Shown piece after piece: positions 62,181 through 64,000 of a stretch of 64,000 nt of DNA. A program made the position numbers and the translations under genes. Position 1 is the first letter of the stretch, and each line of letters opens with the position of its first letter. The notes beneath the pieces were generated by a model. That model was not told the DNA's origin. It worked only from the letters and a program-made list of their open reading frames with translations, and searched no databases. This stretch comes from a bacterium (GTDB lineage: Bacteria; Actinomycetota; Acidimicrobiia; Acidimicrobiales; RAAP-2): the NCBI GenBank assembly GCA_027365055.1, contig DAHXOD010000001.1, positions 1,172 to 65,171 of the forward strand, read 5' to 3'.

Positions 62181-63014
62181 TCAGGCCGCCCGCATCGCAC
62201 TGCGGAGGGCTCGGAAGCCCACGGGGATCACCCCGGTGTCCGAGATCGCCTGACCCAGTCCCCAGTGGTCGATCCCCACGATGTGGTCACCAACCCGTGC
62301 CTCCCAGTCAGTGGTGATCGCTCGAAGCTCCGGCGTGTCGGCTGCCGGGCGGAGCGTGAGCTGCGTCAGGCCAGGGGCCAGTCCGGCGAGCAGTTCGACG
62401 AACGCCTCGCGGGGCCGGTGGACGGGCAGGGTCGCGTCGTGATCAGCAAAGAGCACACCTTCGGCCTTGGCCAGCTCTCGGACGGGGAATCCCACGGTCG
62501 ATGCGGCCGCTTCCGGGACGAGCCGCAGGGGGAGCGAGAACTCGAGGCCCAGTTCGAGGTACACGTCGAAGAATTCGGGGCGCAGGAGCATGGCGTCGAG
62601 GTGGGTGTCGAGGTGAGTGACGTCGAAGCCCCACAAGATGGCCCGCTCGACCTGGGCGCGGCACTCTCGTCGCACCTCGTCGAGGTCGGCGTGGTCCCAC
62701 AGGTCGTCAATGGTCCGGGGAAAGCCACCGTCGCCGTCGAGGAGAGACGGTGCGTGGGTGATCGGTCCCCACCGGTAGAGCTCGTGCTCGGCGTTCAGCG
62801 TGAGGCGGACGCCCACATCCTCTCCTCGGTATCGCGCCGACGCCTCGCGCCCCCAGGGAGCGGGAACCAGGAGCGAAGCGGAATTGCCGATGCCTTCGGT
62901 CAGCGTGGCGAAGACGCCGACGTTGGACGCGTGGCTGAAACCGAGCTCGACGCAATCGATCAGTAGCAGGCGGGCGTCCGGAGGGTGCCCGAGGCGTTCA
63001 GCGATGGTCACCAT
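62181..63014 (-). CDS. ChbG/HpnK (YdjC) family carbohydrate deacetylase-like protein
   Basis: ..LLLIDCVELGFSHASNVG.., ..DVGVRLTLNAE.., ..FDVTHLDTHLDAM.. resemble YdjC-family motifs. Internal ATG 63014 is used as the start. Confidence 0.7.
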   Translation of the reverse strand: MVTIAERLGHPPDARLLLIDCVELGFSHASNVGVFATLTEGIGNSASLLVPAPWGREASARYRGEDVGVRLTLNAEHELYRWGPITHAPSLLDGDGGFPRTIDDLWDHADLDEVRRECRAQVERAILWGFDVTHLDTHLDAMLLRPEFFDVYLELGLEFSLPLRLVPEAAASTVGFPVRELAKAEGVLFADHDATLPVHRPREAFVELLAGLAPGLTQLTLRPAADTPELRAITTDWEARVGDHIVGIDHWGLGQAISDTGVIPVGFRALRSAMRAA

Positions 63015-63078
63015 CCTTCCGACCGTAGCGCCTCGTTGGCGATGGACGAGCACGGGCCTGCCGGGATCGGTGCGCTGG

Positions 63079-63297
63079 TCAGGCGGCATCCCCGACAGCA
63101 TGCCGGTCGGATGCGGGGCGCTCCGGGTCCGAAGGGCTCGACGACGCCAGAAGGGCTCGGGCGGCTGCCAATCCGCGCCGGCCGACCCGACGGGTCTGCG
63201 CATCGAGATGCCAGGCGACCCGGGTTGGCTCGGCGAGAGGAAGCTCGAGTTGGGTGGGTGGCAGGGTGCGGCGGGTCAGGTGAGAGGAAGCGGTCAT
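63079..63297 (-). CDS. Possible small protein (72 aa) with W.LD..TR.VGRRG.AAARA motif
   Basis: Track ORF only. There is no obvious SD and GC3 is lower than in neighbouring genes. The motif recalls small actinobacterial hypothetical proteins I have seen. Weak call. Confidence 0.3.
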   Translation of the reverse strand: MTASSHLTRRTLPPTQLELPLAEPTRVAWHLDAQTRRVGRRGLAAARALLASSSPSDPERPASDRHAVGDAA

Positions 63298-63332
63298 GCT
63301 CGTAGCGTGCCAGGAGGGTGTAATACGTGGGC

Positions 63333-64000
63333 ATGACCGAAGAAGCTACGGACGGAGTCCCAGCCGAACCTCGCTACGGGATCACCATCCCGTTCGATGG
63401 GATGACGCTGCCCGAACATCGCCAGGCGTACCACCGGCTGGTAGCAGCCGGCTACACCGACGTCTGGTCGGCCGAGACCGACGGGACGGACGGGTTCACC
63501 CCACTGGCGCTGGCAGCAGCCTGGGAGCCTGCGCTCCGGCTCGGGGTGGCGATCATCCCCGCCTATACCCGAGGTCCGGCGCTCCTGGCCCAGAGTGCGG
63601 CGGCCATGGCCGAGGCCGCCCCCGGCCGGTTCGTCTTCGGACTGGGGACGTCCTCCGACGTGATCGTCAACCGGTGGAATGCCGCCGAGTTCACCGAGCC
63701 GTACAAGCGGGTGCGCGACACGCTGCGCTTTCTGCGCTCCGCGCTCGCCGGCGAAAAGGTCGACCAGGCCTACGACACCTTCACGGTCCGGGGCTTCCGG
63801 CTGAGCCGACCGGTCGACTCGCCGCCACCCCTGTACCTCGCTGCACTGCGACCTGGGATGCTCCGCCTGGCGGGCCGGGAGGCGGACGGTGTCATCATCA
63901 ACTGGCTCTCTGCCGAGGACGTCGCCACCGTGGTGCCCGAAACCGGGGGTGGCATACCGGTCGCGGCTCGTATCTTCGTCTGTCCCACGGAGGATGCGGA
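63333..64000 (+). CDS. LLM-class F420-dependent oxidoreductase (3' end outside window)
   Basis: Not in the ORF track because there is no stop before the window end. My own translation is MTEEATDGVPAEPRYGITIPFDGMTLPEHRQAYHRLVAAGYTDVWSAETDGTDGFTPLALAAAWEP..RFVFGLGTSSDVIVNRWN.., which is LLM-like. Confidence 0.8.
   Translation, partial: MTEEATDGVPAEPRYGITIPFDGMTLPEHRQAYHRLVAAGYTDVWSAETDGTDGFTPLALAAAWEPALRLGVAIIPAYTRGPALLAQSAAAMAEAAPGRFVFGLGTSSDVIVNRWNAAEFTEPYKRVRDTLRFLRSALAGEKVDQAYDTFTVRGFRLSRPVDSPPPLYLAALRPGMLRLAGREADGVIINWLSAEDVATVVPETGGGIPVAARIFVCPTEDA

Noticed and set aside
1-64000. Search for tRNA, rRNA, tmRNA, SRP RNA, riboswitches, transposases, integrases, phage genes and toxin-antitoxin pairs.
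   Set aside because: All intergenic gaps are at most ~320 bp. None showed a cloverleaf-like arrangement or a motif I could recognise, and no ORF product resembled mobile-element or defence proteins. Absence is by eye only; tRNAscan, Rfam, ISfinder and DefenseFinder runs would be decisive.

Overview
This is a very GC-rich, gene-dense chromosomal window (third codon positions are almost all G/C). It looks actinobacterial: F420-type LLM and PPOX oxidoreductases, an Mca-like mycothiol amidase, DUF2469, PspAA/PspAB-like genes and igr-like sterol genes. Finer taxonomy cannot be decided from the sequence alone. I can support about 70 protein genes and one decayed pseudogene. I saw no rRNA or tRNA, no CRISPR array, and no transposase, integrase or phage genes.

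Layout:
- 0.1-6.4 kb: the distal part of a Tad/Flp pilus operon (tadB, tadC, Flp-like pilin, two TadE-like genes, one TadG-like gene). It ends in a translationally coupled ~1000-aa LysM + SARP/BTAD membrane protein, my best candidate for an undescribed module.
- 6.5-10.8 kb: LLM oxidoreductases and a secreted SGNH-like hydrolase fused to six 42-aa repeats.
- 10.8-17.3 kb: a rearranged homologue of the mycobacterial igr cholesterol side-chain locus (CYP125-like P450, two FadE, hotdog-DUF35, hotdog, Ltp2-like). A KstR-like palindrome sits in its divergent promoter.
- 18-20 kb: an O-antigen-ligase/TPR membrane protein.
- 20-49.5 kb: a conserved housekeeping backbone, rpmB / yloV-recG / rsmD-coaD-yceD-rpmF-plsX ... 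acp-rnc-mutM-smc-ftsY-ffh-rpsP-KH-rimM-trmD-rplS-DUF2469-yraN ... comM-dprA. A ~5.7-kb accessory insert (SDRs, acyl-CoA dehydrogenase, truncated haemoglobin, ATP-grasp pseudogene) sits where Bacillus carries fabD-fabG.
- 49.6-64 kb: mixed genes, including a pilin-like protein, LLM enzymes, an alpha/beta hydrolase, nfo, fumC, a second P450, pspA-pspAA-htpX-pspAB, mca, an SCP2 protein and a ChbG-like protein.

A recurring small-scale theme is many perfect or near-perfect short tandem duplications (8-126 bp) in both intergenic and coding DNA.

All functional calls come from reading the translated ORFs against remembered family signatures. No database search or structure prediction was possible, and most start codons are best guesses.
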